Part shown: piece after piece, positions 43,401 to 54,731 of the stretch
Position numbering within the stretch: the first letter of the stretch is position 1
Layout of the letters: each line of letters starts with the position of its first letter
Assembly: GCA_013239625.1 (NCBI GenBank)
Contig: MU053995.1
Coordinates: forward strand, 62,001 to 126,000
From: Lama guanicoe
Lineage: Eukaryota
Direction of reading: 5' to 3'
Length of the DNA: 64,000 nt
Made by a program: the position numbers and the translations under genes
Notes under the pieces: generated by a model
The model's input: only the letters and a program-made list of their open reading frames with translations
Told to the model about the DNA's origin: nothing
The model's database searches: none

Positions 43401-46151
43401 GGTGAACCTCAGGTTGGGGAACTCCTTCATGAAGTAAGCAGTACAGGATTTGCTATCAGTACAACAAACAATTACTAACCTGGCTCAAGTTATGCTTAGT
43501 AAAGCACATTTTATATTGCTTAACTCTTTTGCCCCTCAAACAATATTTTGAAGTGTGAGTATTATAATTATTTCCCTTCTCCAGATGAGGAAGCTGAAGT
43601 TCCAGAGAGAAAAAATGATTTGCCCAAGGTCAAATGGTTGGTATGGTTAGTTGAGCAGAGTCTCAGACTGGCTTTCCAGAAATCTCATGCTTTCCATTGC
43701 GCTGTAGTATGTCTCACAGACCTCTTGGTCTCTAATCTTTCAGTAAAGAAAAATGAGGGAGTCACACAGAGTGTGAACATCTTAGAATCAGAAGTTTTCT
43801 AGCTAGAAAGGATCTTAAATAACTTCTTACCTGATTCCCCATATTTTACAGGCTGGGATAGAACAAAGCTGTTCAGCCAGAGTTCACTTTCTGCCCTACC
43901 ATGCAGTCCCCCTGAGTGGTAGTTCATGATGGATAAACTTTATAGCCATATAAGGAGGAGAGACTGAGTCAGAGAGGCCAAGTGGGAGTGTTCTGGGGCA
44001 ATGCAGGCTTGAGGTGACCCTTCAGGGCTTAAACCAGGAAGCTAGTAGTGAGAACTGAAAAAAATGGGACTGAGAAACATCTTGAATGAAGAATCAACAC
44101 ACTATTCTTTACAGAGCCCAGGGCATTGTTAACTCAAACAATGGTCAAAATTAGTAAAGAGAAAAATTACCTCATAGCTGAAGTTGATATAACCAGGGTG
44201 CCCAGGATGAGGTGGTAGCTTTTATAGGGAGGGGAAAGGAGAAGAAAAATAATGAGGGAGAGGAAGACAAGAGGGAGAGGGAGAGGCAGAAGGAGAGGAA
44301 AAGGGAGGGAGAGAGAGAGAGGAAGAGATTAAGTCAATATGCAATTGTTCACATTAAGAGAGACTGAAGCCACTTTTTAAAAATCTATATAGTGCAGAAT
44401 ATATCTGAGGTCTACTTTTTGTTTGAACATGTACGCTGCATAGGAAAGGAGCCCTCTTATCTTGAGGAGGTCCATAACAGCTAAATGATTTCCCCCTGGG
44501 CTTGTAGTCTTAGAATGAGAGACCTGGAAGCAGAAACTAGCGCACATTTAACCTCCAGTGATCTTCAGATACCCCTCCATCCCTGCTGTCAATTAATTCT
44601 ACTCTATCCCATCCATCATCTTACTCCTTGGTGAAACTCACTCCATGTTGGGAAGAGAGAGATGTTTCTCTTACATGATTACAAAATACCAACAAGAAGA
44701 GAATTGTCTCACAAACCTTTCCTTACAGATCAGGAGGTGGATACGTGCTTAAGTATGAAAGGAGATTACTCATAATTGGCATGCAAAGTAAACAGTACCT
44801 CAAAAACAAAAAGGACAGCTATGTGTGAATTATCAATGAATATGAAAACAAGATGGGTGGAGTAAAGTGGAAACATTGTGAATCCCATGAAAAATGAAAG
44901 AGTTGATTTTTGAAGTTTAGGACAGTTCTTTTAGTCTGTTCTTTTATTTTTATTAGTCTATCAATGTTTGTATGGTAGAAAAATCTTACAGTTCAAAATG
45001 AAAAACAACCTGAATAATTATCTAAACCAGGACTGTCTGTCTTGGCGAAAGTGGAGGCAAGTGATTGATGCCTACATGTGGAATTCCGATTGGTCCTGGA
45101 GAGGAGGAGAGGGAGAGAACAGAGAATCATGCAGATCACCTCTCTCAGGCAGCGAGCTGATTAAGGCTCTAGTTTTTGTGTTTGTTTGTTTGTTTTGTTT
45201 TTTTGATTCTTATTGAAGTGCAGTCAATTTACAATGTTAGTTTCAAGTGTACAGCAAAGCTGTACTAGGAATTGCTACAGTGCAGGATTTCAGGAAGGCA
45301 GAGTACAGAGTCTTGGTCTTATGTGGGACAGAGGAAGAGAGAAGACAGATATTCAAGCTTTGCTGGCTTCTGGTTGTATCAACTGCTCTTTATGCTGTCG
45401 AAAAGCAGATGGATCATGCTTTGCCTGTGTGTGATCTAATCTCTTATGTACCCACGTTTAGAGAGAATTGGTCAGACTTCTGGTCCTTGATGCATTTGGA
45501 TGTAAAATATATCCATGTGTATTGGGCATACGTAGGATTCTGGACAGCCACACAGAAGTCATATACTTAGAAGCTCCACTCAAAAGGATGAGGCCTCTCA
45601 GAACAGGAAGATGGTTCAAGAAAGAAATTCCTAACACAGAAGTTTACCCTCTCAAGGATTAACAGCACAGGAGTTTGGGGGGTAGGAGGATACTTGCAAG
45701 GTTATAAGGTTATAAGAAGTTGTGTTTTAGGTAAAACTAGTATTTTTGTATATTTATCTAAGGCTGCTTAAACAATTAATCTGGCGGTCTTTCAAAGTCC
45801 CTTCCAAAAATTTATTTTATCTACAGATAGGTGATGATTTTATAAGCTAATTGTTTCAATGGAATCTCCAGGGTGCTTGTTAAAATGCAAAGCCTGGGCT
45901 TTACCCCAGCTGTACAGAATCTTTGCCAGAAGCATCTGGGAATCTTTTTTTTTTTTAAATAACAACCTCCTAAAAGTATTTCTTAAACACAGACATTTGA
46001 AGACATCTGATCTTCTGCTATTTTAAACCCTGAAGTTTACCAACTGTGGCAGATTTTATTTCCAAGCTTGTGAAATTGGACATTGATTTATACTCACAGG
46101 CATAGCAAAGGCTGCTCCCAAAAGGCAGGCAAACAAAATCCAGGTCCCCAT
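40491..46151 (-). CDS. AMELY: Amelogenin, probably the Y-linked copy. Spliced CDS join(46098..46151, 44171..44218, [42858..42899 alternative], 42750..42794, 42057..42479, 40491..40496); 191 aa precursor without exon 4, 205 aa with it
   Basis: Hand translation gives [82 protein letters not shown]...[16 protein letters not shown]. All introns are GT-AG and phase 0. Amelogenin identity is essentially certain; Y versus X is inferred (about 0.7). Confidence 0.9.
42057..42479 (-). CDS. AMELY: Amelogenin exon 6 (141 codons, P/Q/H-rich core); internal LRAP acceptor at 42131
   Basis: caccag|TACCCTTCC...GAGGAAGTG|gtgagt; matches ORF 42042..42455. Confidence 0.97.
42750..42794 (-). CDS. AMELY: Amelogenin exon 5 ([15 protein letters not shown])
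   Basis: ttaag|GTGCTTACCCCT...CATCCG|gtatgt; 45 nt. Confidence 0.96.
42858..42899 (-). CDS. AMELY: Amelogenin alternative exon 4 ([14 protein letters not shown])
   Basis: ccatag|AACTCATATTTTCAGGCTATCAGTATTGACAGGACTGCATTA|gtgagt; 42 nt, open frame. Confidence 0.85.
42925..43110. mobile_element. MIR in amelogenin intron 3
   Basis: cctatgtgccaggcact...cactttacagacaagg...aattaaag. Confidence 0.7.
43495..43705. mobile_element. MIR in amelogenin intron 3
   Basis: cagatgaggaagctgaagttccagagag...tgatttgcccaaggtca core. Confidence 0.8.
44171..44218 (-). CDS. AMELY: Amelogenin exon 3 ([16 protein letters not shown])
   Basis: aaag|CTACCACCTCAT...TATGAG|gtaatt; 48 nt; includes the Ser16 S-x-E phosphosite. 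Confidence 0.97.
45850..46010. mobile_element. MER5-like hAT MITE in intron 2
   Basis: ggaatctccagggtgcttgttaaaatgca...gggaatct...aacaacctcc. Confidence 0.55.
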
Positions 46152-46163
46152 TTCTTGAAGGCC
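46098..46163 (-). CDS. AMELY: Amelogenin exon 2 (12 nt UTR, then ATG at 46151; signal peptide [16 protein letters not shown] followed by MP)
   Basis: ttttag|GGCCTTCAAGAAATGGGGACC...ATGCCT|gtgagt; 66 nt. Confidence 0.96.
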
Positions 46164-47415
46164 CTAAAATATAAGTTGACACCTGCTTTTATTAACTCAT
46201 ATGTAACTTAATTAATGCTTCCTAAAATACAAATAATTCACATAAGACTATTTCTAGTAAAAGGATGGGACTACTTTTTTGTAAGGCTACTTCATTTGTA
46301 TATAATTTTTAGTTCTCAGCCCATATTATTGTTTTTGGAGTCAGAGTAATATAAGGATGCTTTTCATTTAGGTCATTAACTAAGTAAGTTCAGGGAAATG
46401 AATCATCTATCATTATATACTTTTAAAAGCCATTTTCCTGTAACTATAGTCACCTAAAGTCACAGGATTTAAATATAATTTGCAGTTAATGACTAAAGTC
46501 ATAGAATTGGCTCTAAAAGTTCATGAGATCTTTAAGATATTTTTCATTGTTGCATAGTATTTTATACTTTAGGCCAGGGAATCAGAAAGGTTTCATGTAT
46601 TGTCCACGGGGTATTACCACTGCTGAAAAGAAAGACTAATCATTTAAGAAAAGAATATTAATTGTCAAAACATTAAGGAGTGAATGAGATTTAGTCCTCG
46701 GTGTTCTAACTCTTGAGTTCCAAAAATCTGTATTGTGAAAGATGTGGTTGAACAGAAATTCTCTCAGAAAGAGAGGTTTCTAATTTTTGATATTACTATC
46801 TGTTTATTATTCAGTGAATGTGGAATGATTTCCACCCAAAAGATTTCCTCTTTCATCAGTATCATCTTCCTTTCATTAGGTCTACTTTGCAATTTCTGTA
46901 CAAATTACACATGCGGAATAGGAAGCAAAACCCAAACATCCTATAAATTCACATTGCTTCACGTACCAAGCTACTGACTCACTCTGAAAAATTAGAAAAC
47001 CTTAAACTACTTTTTTTATGGAAAGTAAATTTAAAGTGTCATAATGCTGATATAGAAGGCACAGTCAGGCTGTCAATATCCTGTCTCTTGTTTTATGAAT
47101 TATTAAGAAAATTATGGGAAAAAAATTTAGCTGACAGTTGTAGTCTATTTCCTGTGTAGGTTTGGTTTTAGAAAGTCCTTTTGGGTTCTGGAACTCAAAT
47201 TTAAAGAAAGATAGAGAAACACTTTGCTAAATTAAAAAATAAAAATTTAATTTATTGAAGACTAATTCAATTATAGTCCAAATGAAGAAGTTATTAATTC
47301 TGAAGAGCATAAATATTAGAAATATAGAGTACTTTTGCACCCATTAGACACGAAATATAGAAAAACCAAGCAGCATAACAGAAAGGATACCGATTTATGA
47401 ATAAAATTCATGTAC

Positions 47416-47477
47416 CTTTGAATACCTTTGTATCCACAGCAATGTTCTATCTGAAAGTTAAGGATGCCTGATCTTTT
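47416..47477 (-). other. AMELY: Amelogenin exon 1 (non-coding)
   Basis: Minus strand reads AAAAGATCAGGCATCCTTAACTTTCAGATAGAACATTGCTGTGGATACAAAGGTATTCAAAG|gtacat, similar to mammalian amelogenin exon 1. It starts about 26 bp downstream of a TATAAA. TSS is approximate. Confidence 0.8.
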
Positions 47478-47502
47478 AGCTTTCTTCCAAGCATGAGCTC
47501 AA

Positions 47503-47548
47503 TTTATATCATTGACAGCATCTAGAACAACCAATTATATTTCTGAAG
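47503..47548 (-). promoter_or_regulatory. Amelogenin core promoter: TATA box (47503-47508), reversed CCAAT box (47531-47535), C/EBP-like site CTTCAGAAAT (47539-47548)
   Basis: Motifs seen directly. Order and spacing match the TATA, reversed CCAAT (NF-Y) and C/EBPalpha arrangement known for the mouse amelogenin promoter. Confidence 0.75.
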
Positions 47549-48550
47549 GAAAAATGTGTGGAGTATAACAAAAAATTCTTGCATCATGAATTTTTAGCAA
47601 TGTTAGGCAAATTTTAAATGGTATACTGTGATTAGTATACATAGTCTTTTATTATGGGCAATAGTAGGTTTAACAGGCAAAAGAGATTTCACTGGACTGT
47701 TTTTAAGTCAGTAAATTCGCTGATTGCACATGCTGATATATTTAGGACTACTTTTAAGAACCTGTTATGACATTGTGCCTGAGAGAGTTACAATTTTGAA
47801 ATCATCACTGCTCCATTTTCTACTTTCATTGAAGGAGTGTCCTGTGTTCCCTGCAATCACCCACTGATCACAGTAGTGGTTGTCTACCCAAATAAGTGTC
47901 AAAATCTAAGCTCCTTAGTCCCAGTGTATTTGCCACCAAAGCAACAAAGTTATCATACTAGAAATACTTTTACCGCTGATCTGAAGGACAAAGCAAGAAA
48001 TATATCACACACTAGATCGCACACTTAAACACATATATTTAATTTTATGAACCTGGTGTTTACTGCCCTGGCTATCTCATTCCATATAGCAGTAGTCTTT
48101 CTTAATATTAAGACTATTTCCCCTCCCTGCATTTCTAAGCCCTTTCCTGTTTTCTTTCATACATGAATCTAAATCTCTTTATTTTTCAGAGACTTTTGTC
48201 CATTTGTTTGCATTTTTCCCAAGTTCTTATCCATCTCTATTCTGCCTAAAATAGAATCAAAGCCTATTTCTTTGTAAGGTAACCATGACATAGCTGTTAA
48301 ATTAATTCTATTTTTTTAATCACTCTACCTTCTAAAGGATATAGATTTCTTTTATTGTACAATCTGTTCAATCAAGAAACAAATTAATAACTAGTGACAA
48401 AAGGTAATTGATATGTTTATCTATATTAGATTAGTAAAGGAACTTCTAAATGTATACTAATATACAATTGGTATTGTAGCTGGATTTCTTGGATTACTTA
48501 ATCAATATTTATAAACTCTGTAACCTACATATATTAGTAAATAGATGCCC

Positions 48551-48899
48551 TATTACAGCAACCTGAATCCCATAGTGAGATGAAGCAACACTTGGAGGGT
48601 TGGAGAACTCAGGTTTATTACACTGGCAGGCCCAGAGAAGTTAAAACTCTAAGCTCTGGACACCATCAGTAGGTTTACACAGGCTTTTATAGGGTTTTAA
48701 ATTTGTATTAAGTTCACACCATATGCAAATGAGGTGTTAGAAATGGACCAGTCAGGAGTGAGATTTTGGGAACCAATGAAATTTTAGGGGTAAGTTTTGT
48801 TTTCCTAGAAGCAGGGAGTTTTACAGAAGCACAAAAGCGGGAAGGCAGTGCCCCTGCCTGGGAGGTCTTGCTGGTCCCTTTGTGGGTTTTGCCCTCTCA
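48551..48899 (-). mobile_element. ERV 3' LTR (349 bp)
   Basis: Preceded by the PPT; contains an octamer (48723-48730), TATAAA (48686-48691) and AATAAA (48614-48619). Confidence 0.93.
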
Positions 48900-48911
48900 T
48901 TCCCTCCTTTT
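48900..48911 (-). promoter_or_regulatory. Polypurine tract
   Basis: AAAAGGAGGGAA immediately before the 3' LTR TG. Confidence 0.88.
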
Positions 48912-48944
48912 GATACTCTCTTCAATCCTGGAGTGAGTATCAAT

Positions 48945-49663
48945 TTTCCTTGGGCTGCAGATACTCAGTGTCTATGTGGCTGGGACCATTGTCCCTCAGT
49001 GGGGTATACTGGGTTTGGACCATCATCTCCAATCAGATGGCCTCCAGGCAATTCGTTACCATCCACACAATTGTGTTGATAAAGAACAGTCTAAATTAAA
49101 ATGATCATTAAGATTGGCCCTATCATGGGGAAGATCCAGGTCCAAAGTGACCAGAATGCAGCTGACAATAAGTTTCCTAACCAGCTCCCTCTTCTTATCT
49201 GTACTTTGATATCATCTATGATTTTTATGTTTCTTTTCAGGATGCTCAATTTTTCTTCTACTTGTGAGGTGGCATTTATATAGAAACAGCAGGTCTCATT
49301 TACCATGGTGCACAGGCTTCCGTGTTGTGCAGTGGGGAAATCCAACCCTCACCTGTTTTGTAATACCACCTCCACTAGGGAGTTCAGGCTTTCCTGCTGA
49401 ACCTCTATGACAGCCACCATGGCTTTCCGTGATTCTTGTACCATTATACTCAGATCGAGCACAGAGCTCTCGAGTAAGGGGATTCCAGGTCACAGGCATA
49501 GGATAGTCACAAGACATCCTACCACAAGGAGATATGAAATAATCAGTAGGAGTCTTCTGGAATATGATGAGTTGGCAGGAGCTCCTACAGTCAGTCCTAT
49601 AGTGAGGGTAAGAGCAAGGATTATTGTGGGGAAGAGAAGGAAGGGGTGGCAATGCCAGGTCAT
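48945..49663 (-). pseudogene. env: ERV env remnant (TM subunit; SU absent)
   Basis: ISD VLQNR*GLDF, CX6CC motif CTMVNETCC, membrane span WTWIFPMIGPILMIILI, frameshifted tail. Confidence 0.87.
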
Positions 49664-49719
49664 CAGAGTTGGGAATCCCTATTAAAAGGAGTGTTTTGAT
49701 TAATTAGTCTCAGCTCATC

Positions 49720-51949
49720 CTTGGTGACTTCCTCAAGGTTCCATCATGCATTGACTAGCCAGCTTCCGGGTACAGCTAGAGCAGGGCTTGGTGTTCTCCA
49801 GAAGGTGTGGTGGGCATTTCTGGATCTTGAATTTAACTGGCTGTCCAGGAACCTGGTTGATTTACCAGACATCCTCATCTTGAGGTGGGGCTGCCCTCTT
49901 CACCCTGGAGTGGTGAATCCACAGGATGATTCCTGTAATATTGAGAGCTGTTGGGGTGGTTAATATAAATGGGTAGGGACCCTTCCAAGTGGGTTTGAGG
50001 GGCTCCATTTTCCAATCTTTACCCAGACTTAGTCCCCAGATTTGTATGCATTTAGCTCTGTTCCCAGTGAGACTTGGATCCTGTCAATGGACCTCTCTTA
50101 TGGTCTTTCTAAGGCCTTGTATTTGCTTATGAAGTTCTAAGCTTCCCCCTTCCTTAATATTTTCTCCTAGTCTAATCAGTGGAGGAGGTCTCCCATACAA
50201 GATTTCAAAAGGGTAAAATCCTATCTTGGACCGAGGGGCATAGAATACCCACAGGAGAGCCAGGGGCAAAATGTCAGTCCAGGGTAGTTGGGTTTCCTGA
50301 CTGAGTTTGGCCATATCCTGCTCTAGGGTTACTGTAGCAGCCAATGCTCGTAAACATGGTGGCCACCCTGAAGCTACTGGGTCCAGACACTTTGACAAAT
50401 AGGCCACGGACTGCTGCCAGGGCCCCACTGCTTGGGTGAGAACTCCTAGGGCTGCATGATTCTTCTCATGAATGAACAGTGGAATTCTCTTAACATGTCT
50501 GGTAGTCCCAGGGCTGGGTCCCTGGTTCGTAGTCTTTTGATCTCATTAAATGCTTCTTCCTGTTTGGGTCCCCAGTCCAAGTGTTCCTTTCCAGATCCTG
50601 TGTTGCCCTCATATAAGGGTTTGGCTATGTTTGAGAAACCAGGGATCCAGATTAGGCATTACCCTGCTGCCCCCAGGAATTCTCGGAACTTTTTCTGGGT
50701 GCCTGGCTGAGGTATAGCACAAATGGCTTGTTTCTGCTCCAGGCCCAAAGGCTGTTGTCCCTCCAAGACAATGAACCCAAGATACTTGACTGTCATTTTA
50801 CAAATCTGTGCCTTCTTCCAAGAGACCTTCTAGCCAGCATTCGATAGTAAGGCTAATAGGGCTCAAGTTTCCTTCCAATAGTCCTCTTGATTGGGGCTGG
50901 CTAATAACAGGTCAACCACATACTGAAGCAGGGTGCAGTTTAGAGCTTCTCCTGGGAAAGCAGTTAAGTCCATGGCCAGTGCTTCCCCAAACAAGGTAGG
51001 TGAGTTTTTAAAACCCTGTGATAGGTGAATCCAGGTCAGCTGAGTTTTCCCGCCCATGTTGGGGTCCTCCCATTTGAAAGCAAATGTTGGTTGACTGGCC
51101 AGTGCCAGCCTGAGGCAGAAGGAAGCCTATTTGAGATCTAGGCAGGTGAACCATTTCATCTGGGACAGTAGGAGGCTCAGAAGTGTGCATGGGTTTGGAA
51201 CCACCAAATGTATCACAGTCAGAGCTCTGTTAACTACTTACAGATCCTGCACTGGCCTATAGTCTTTTCCTTGTGCCTTTTTGATGGGCAGGAGGGGCAT
51301 ATTCCATGGAGATTGGCACTCTGTGAAAATTCCCTCATCATGCAAGCACTGGATGTGCTTCTGAATTCCCAGGCAGGCTTCTCTGGGTATGGGGCAACTG
51401 TAGCAGCCTGGCTGAGGTTGCACACAGTTGTAGGTCTATTACCAGTGATGCATGGTTTTGGGCCAGTCGGTGGGAGGGGGCCTTCTGCCCAGACAGAAGG
51501 AAATTCCTTCAGCAGAAAGTCAGGGTTCATTTGAGCACTTTCCGTTTGGTACGGGCGCCATTCTTCTTGGTGCAGAGTCACCATCATGAGCAAAACATTC
51601 TTCTTTCTCAGAGTCATATATATTTGCTTCCAGAAGAGAACATTATCTGAGACCCCAGCTTATGTGGTAAGTCTCTTCCCAAGAGGAAGATGGGACACTC
51701 TGGTAGGTATAGAAATGCATGAGAGACCAGATGTCCTCCCTGCTAGCATGATCTACGATGGCAAAACAGGTGAGCGGCTTTGTCCACAGTGGCCCCCACA
51801 ATAGTTTCCTTTTTCTCAGTCAAGGGGCCACAGGTTCAGTCACCACCAAATGTTCTGCATCTGTGTCCACCATAAATGTCATCAGTTGGCACCCCACCAA
51901 CAACTCAACTGGGAGCAGGGAGCCCGATCCACCCAAGTCTGAGAACAAC
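49720..51949 (-). pseudogene. pol: ERV pro-pol pseudogene lacking RNase H and the integrase N-terminal/core region
   Basis: Protease [54 protein letters not shown]-terminus PFEILYGRPPP, WKGPY. Confidence 0.9.
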
Positions 51950-53502
51950 CCTGCCAATCTGATGAGGTCCCTCAGAGGGGACTCAGGTTGGTACTTTCCT
52001 TCACTGGCCGGGAGTTTTCTCTTCAGTGAGTTCCTTGCCTCTCTGCAATAAGGACACTCATTTTTCCAGTGACCAACCTCCTTGCAGTATGCACATTGGT
52101 CCTGCCTCAGAAGGGCCCTTGCACATAGTTCCCCCTTGTGTGGTGGGGTGGGATGGTTTGGGTCAGAGTTCCCTAGTGTTGCTGCCAACAGGATCCTTTT
52201 TGTTTCATCTGTCAGCTTTCTGCTGTGCTTCGGGGTCTCAGTTTATGAAGAACTTGTTGGCCACCTCCAGCAGTTGAGTAGAATTCATTCCAGCAAAACC
52301 TTCCAGCTTTTGTAGTTTTTGGGAAGTGTTGACATAGGACTGGGCCACAAAAGCATTACTGACAGCTCGCTGATTGACAGAGGCCTCAGGGTCAAATGAG
52401 ATGGAGATCCAAAAAGCCTCCCATAGCCTATCATAGAAGTCCGTGGGGCACCTATTGTCTTTTGGATCACTGTGGTGGTCTTGGACATGTTGGTTGGCTT
52501 CTTTGCCCTGGGCTTGCAACTCATGTAGGAGGGCACTCTGATATTTATGCAGAGCCTCTCATCCAACTTGAGTGTTAAAGTCTCAACTTGGCCTTATTTT
52601 AGGGACACATCTTGGGCCTATCTTTCTGCATCCAGAGTTCCCACTGGGGCTCACCCCTGTGATCACTTTCTGGTTTCTGTCATGATACGCTTTCTTTCTT
52701 CAATATTGAAGATTATTAGGAGCAGCTGACGGATGTCATCCCAGGTTGGTTGGTGAGTCTGGAAGGTAGATTCATGGCCTAAGGTTTCTCTGAATAGGAT
52801 GGAGTGTGGTGTCACCAGTTTAAGAGGTCTGTTGTGCTGAAAGGCTTGTAGTATAGGATAGAGCCACCAGACTGCAAAGAGCCATCATTGTTTACTTGTT
52901 GGGACCCTTGGGTTTCACAGAGAGGCATCTGGAGGGCAGCTGCTGGCTGTGTGACTCACTGGGCCGAGTGGAGTCTCCTCCCTATGGGCTCCTGTTTTGG
53001 AGCCAGGGATTGTGGTGGTGGGGGGCACAGATGGAGGTGGGCTATCTGGGAGGGCAGCTGTGGTGGAGCTGTAGGAGCAGGGGAAACACACATTGGAGCA
53101 TCAATATCTCTTCTTCAGGGTCCCCCTGAAGGATCGTCTTTGTTGTATCTTCTTTTTTCACCTTCAGTGTTTGGGCCACAAGGATCCTACACTGTCCCTG
53201 ACCATTTGTGCAGAACCAGACCCATGGAGGCAAGGTTCGGGCAATCATCAGCCAAGGGTCAATAAGTGGGAATTGGCCAGGGTGCCCTAGGTCCCAGTGA
53301 TTACTTAGTATATGGCCCAGACAGTTGGCAGTTCAACTGTGCCTTCTGAAGTCTATCTCACTCCAAATGTGGGCAATTCTAGTTCACACAATGTGCACAA
53401 TTTTCCTGGTATCAATTAAACTACATAGTCTCCTCAGTAGAACTTTTTGAAATTTTTATTCATACAGTCCAGAACAATCAGCTTTGACTTTGAGGCTCCC
53501 GT
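51950..53502 (-). pseudogene. gag: ERV gag pseudogene
   Basis: Start codon mutated to ACG, then GASKSK...NFKK..GDY...PGKLCTLCE...SEG; MHR-like region; CCHC knuckle CAYCKEVGHWKNEC; several stops and frameshifts. Confidence 0.88.
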
Positions 53503-54709
53503 TATTATCTGACAGATTTCATTCTGAGTGTGTTAGTTACAGCTTATAGGGATGGATCTGCTTACAGAACCATGGATGGTGACCCCAGTATCTCTGTCTC
53601 CTCCACTCATTGAAACAGTGGAGCTCCCCAAAAGCCTGTTGTCTCACTGAGTCTGATATCTGCTTGGCTGCAAGTGTTGCCAATGAGTCGGGGTTTCTTT
53701 CAGGAAAGAAATCTCCAGTGTATTCTAGGGCTTGGACAAGTTTCAGGGGACCTTGTACAAAGCCCTCTGTATAGCCTAAACTGATGTAGCATGGGGCCGG
53801 GATGGCAGGCCAGTGACAAAACAACCGGACCACAAAGGGGCCTCCAAGGAATGGTGCAGCCAGTCCAGGGGAAGCCCTCCCTGGCTCACATCTTGAGGTC
53901 CCAACATGAGAGAGAAGGGACAGAACCAGGACAGGTTCACTAATCGCAACAAGATATCTCAGAGGTCTGATAATATGGTCGCATCCGAAACTTTCTCAAA
54001 GAAGTCTCGCCCTAGTCCTAGGGGGCACAGGGATAGCTTACTCATGGAATGATCTACATCTTTTTCCCTCCCTGTGTAGCCACCCTGTGCTGATTCGCAA
54101 GCCAGATAAAGGGAGATACTTTTGCTGCATCCACCTGGCCGCTCTTCTCTTGGGGATGAAGATGCCTATGAGCTTTGGTGGGTCAGTGTAAACTGCTGAC
54201 TCTGATCGATACTGCAAGGGTTTTATACTTCCCTGAGCCATTTAAGGTCACCACAGAACTGCAGGCTAAGTCTCATTCAAACTCCTTTGCAAGGTGCAAT
54301 GGAGCTACAGACTCAATCCTAAAGTGCAAGTGGATCAGGACACACTCATTCACACAAACATTGAGAAGTTAATTTCACATTTCCCCCCCAACTCTGGGAT
54401 TCCTGACCTATGGTCCCAATCAGGGAACCCTTAGGAGGTGATCAGTCTCCTCTTCTGTTCACTGGGACAGGACGTGACTATGGACTACCCTCCAGGTTTC
54501 TACTTGGTCTGGATGTGCTGTCTGGTGAGTTGGTCCATCCCTCCAATGAGTCCAGTCGGTGTTCAGCCACCCAGAGTACTGAACCACCTCTAGAAAGGAG
54601 AACCCAGAATACTGTCAGGTGGAGCATCACCTCATTCACTTTCAGTGTTCCCGGACCTCCGGGTGGTTGCTCCACTGCTCTGGTGGCTCAAGGGGCCAGC
54701 GTGGTTGGA

Positions 54710-54727
54710 ATCTCAGTGGGGCCTCCA
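54710..54727 (-). promoter_or_regulatory. Primer binding site, tRNA-Gln-like
   Basis: TGGAGGCCCCACTGAGAT; 16/18 match to the tRNA-Gln PBS TGGAGGTCCCACCGAGAT. Confidence 0.8.
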
Positions 54728-54731
54728 GAAA

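Noticed and set aside
44219..44330. Odd acceptor ctataaaag and a GA-rich tract next to exon 3
   Set aside because: This is the sense-strand polypyrimidine tract; as I recall the same acceptor context is normal for amelogenin exon 3
49091..49345. env TM ORF as a domesticated syncytin-like gene
   Set aside because: SU is missing, there is a stop in the ISD and the tail is frameshifted, so it cannot encode a fusogen
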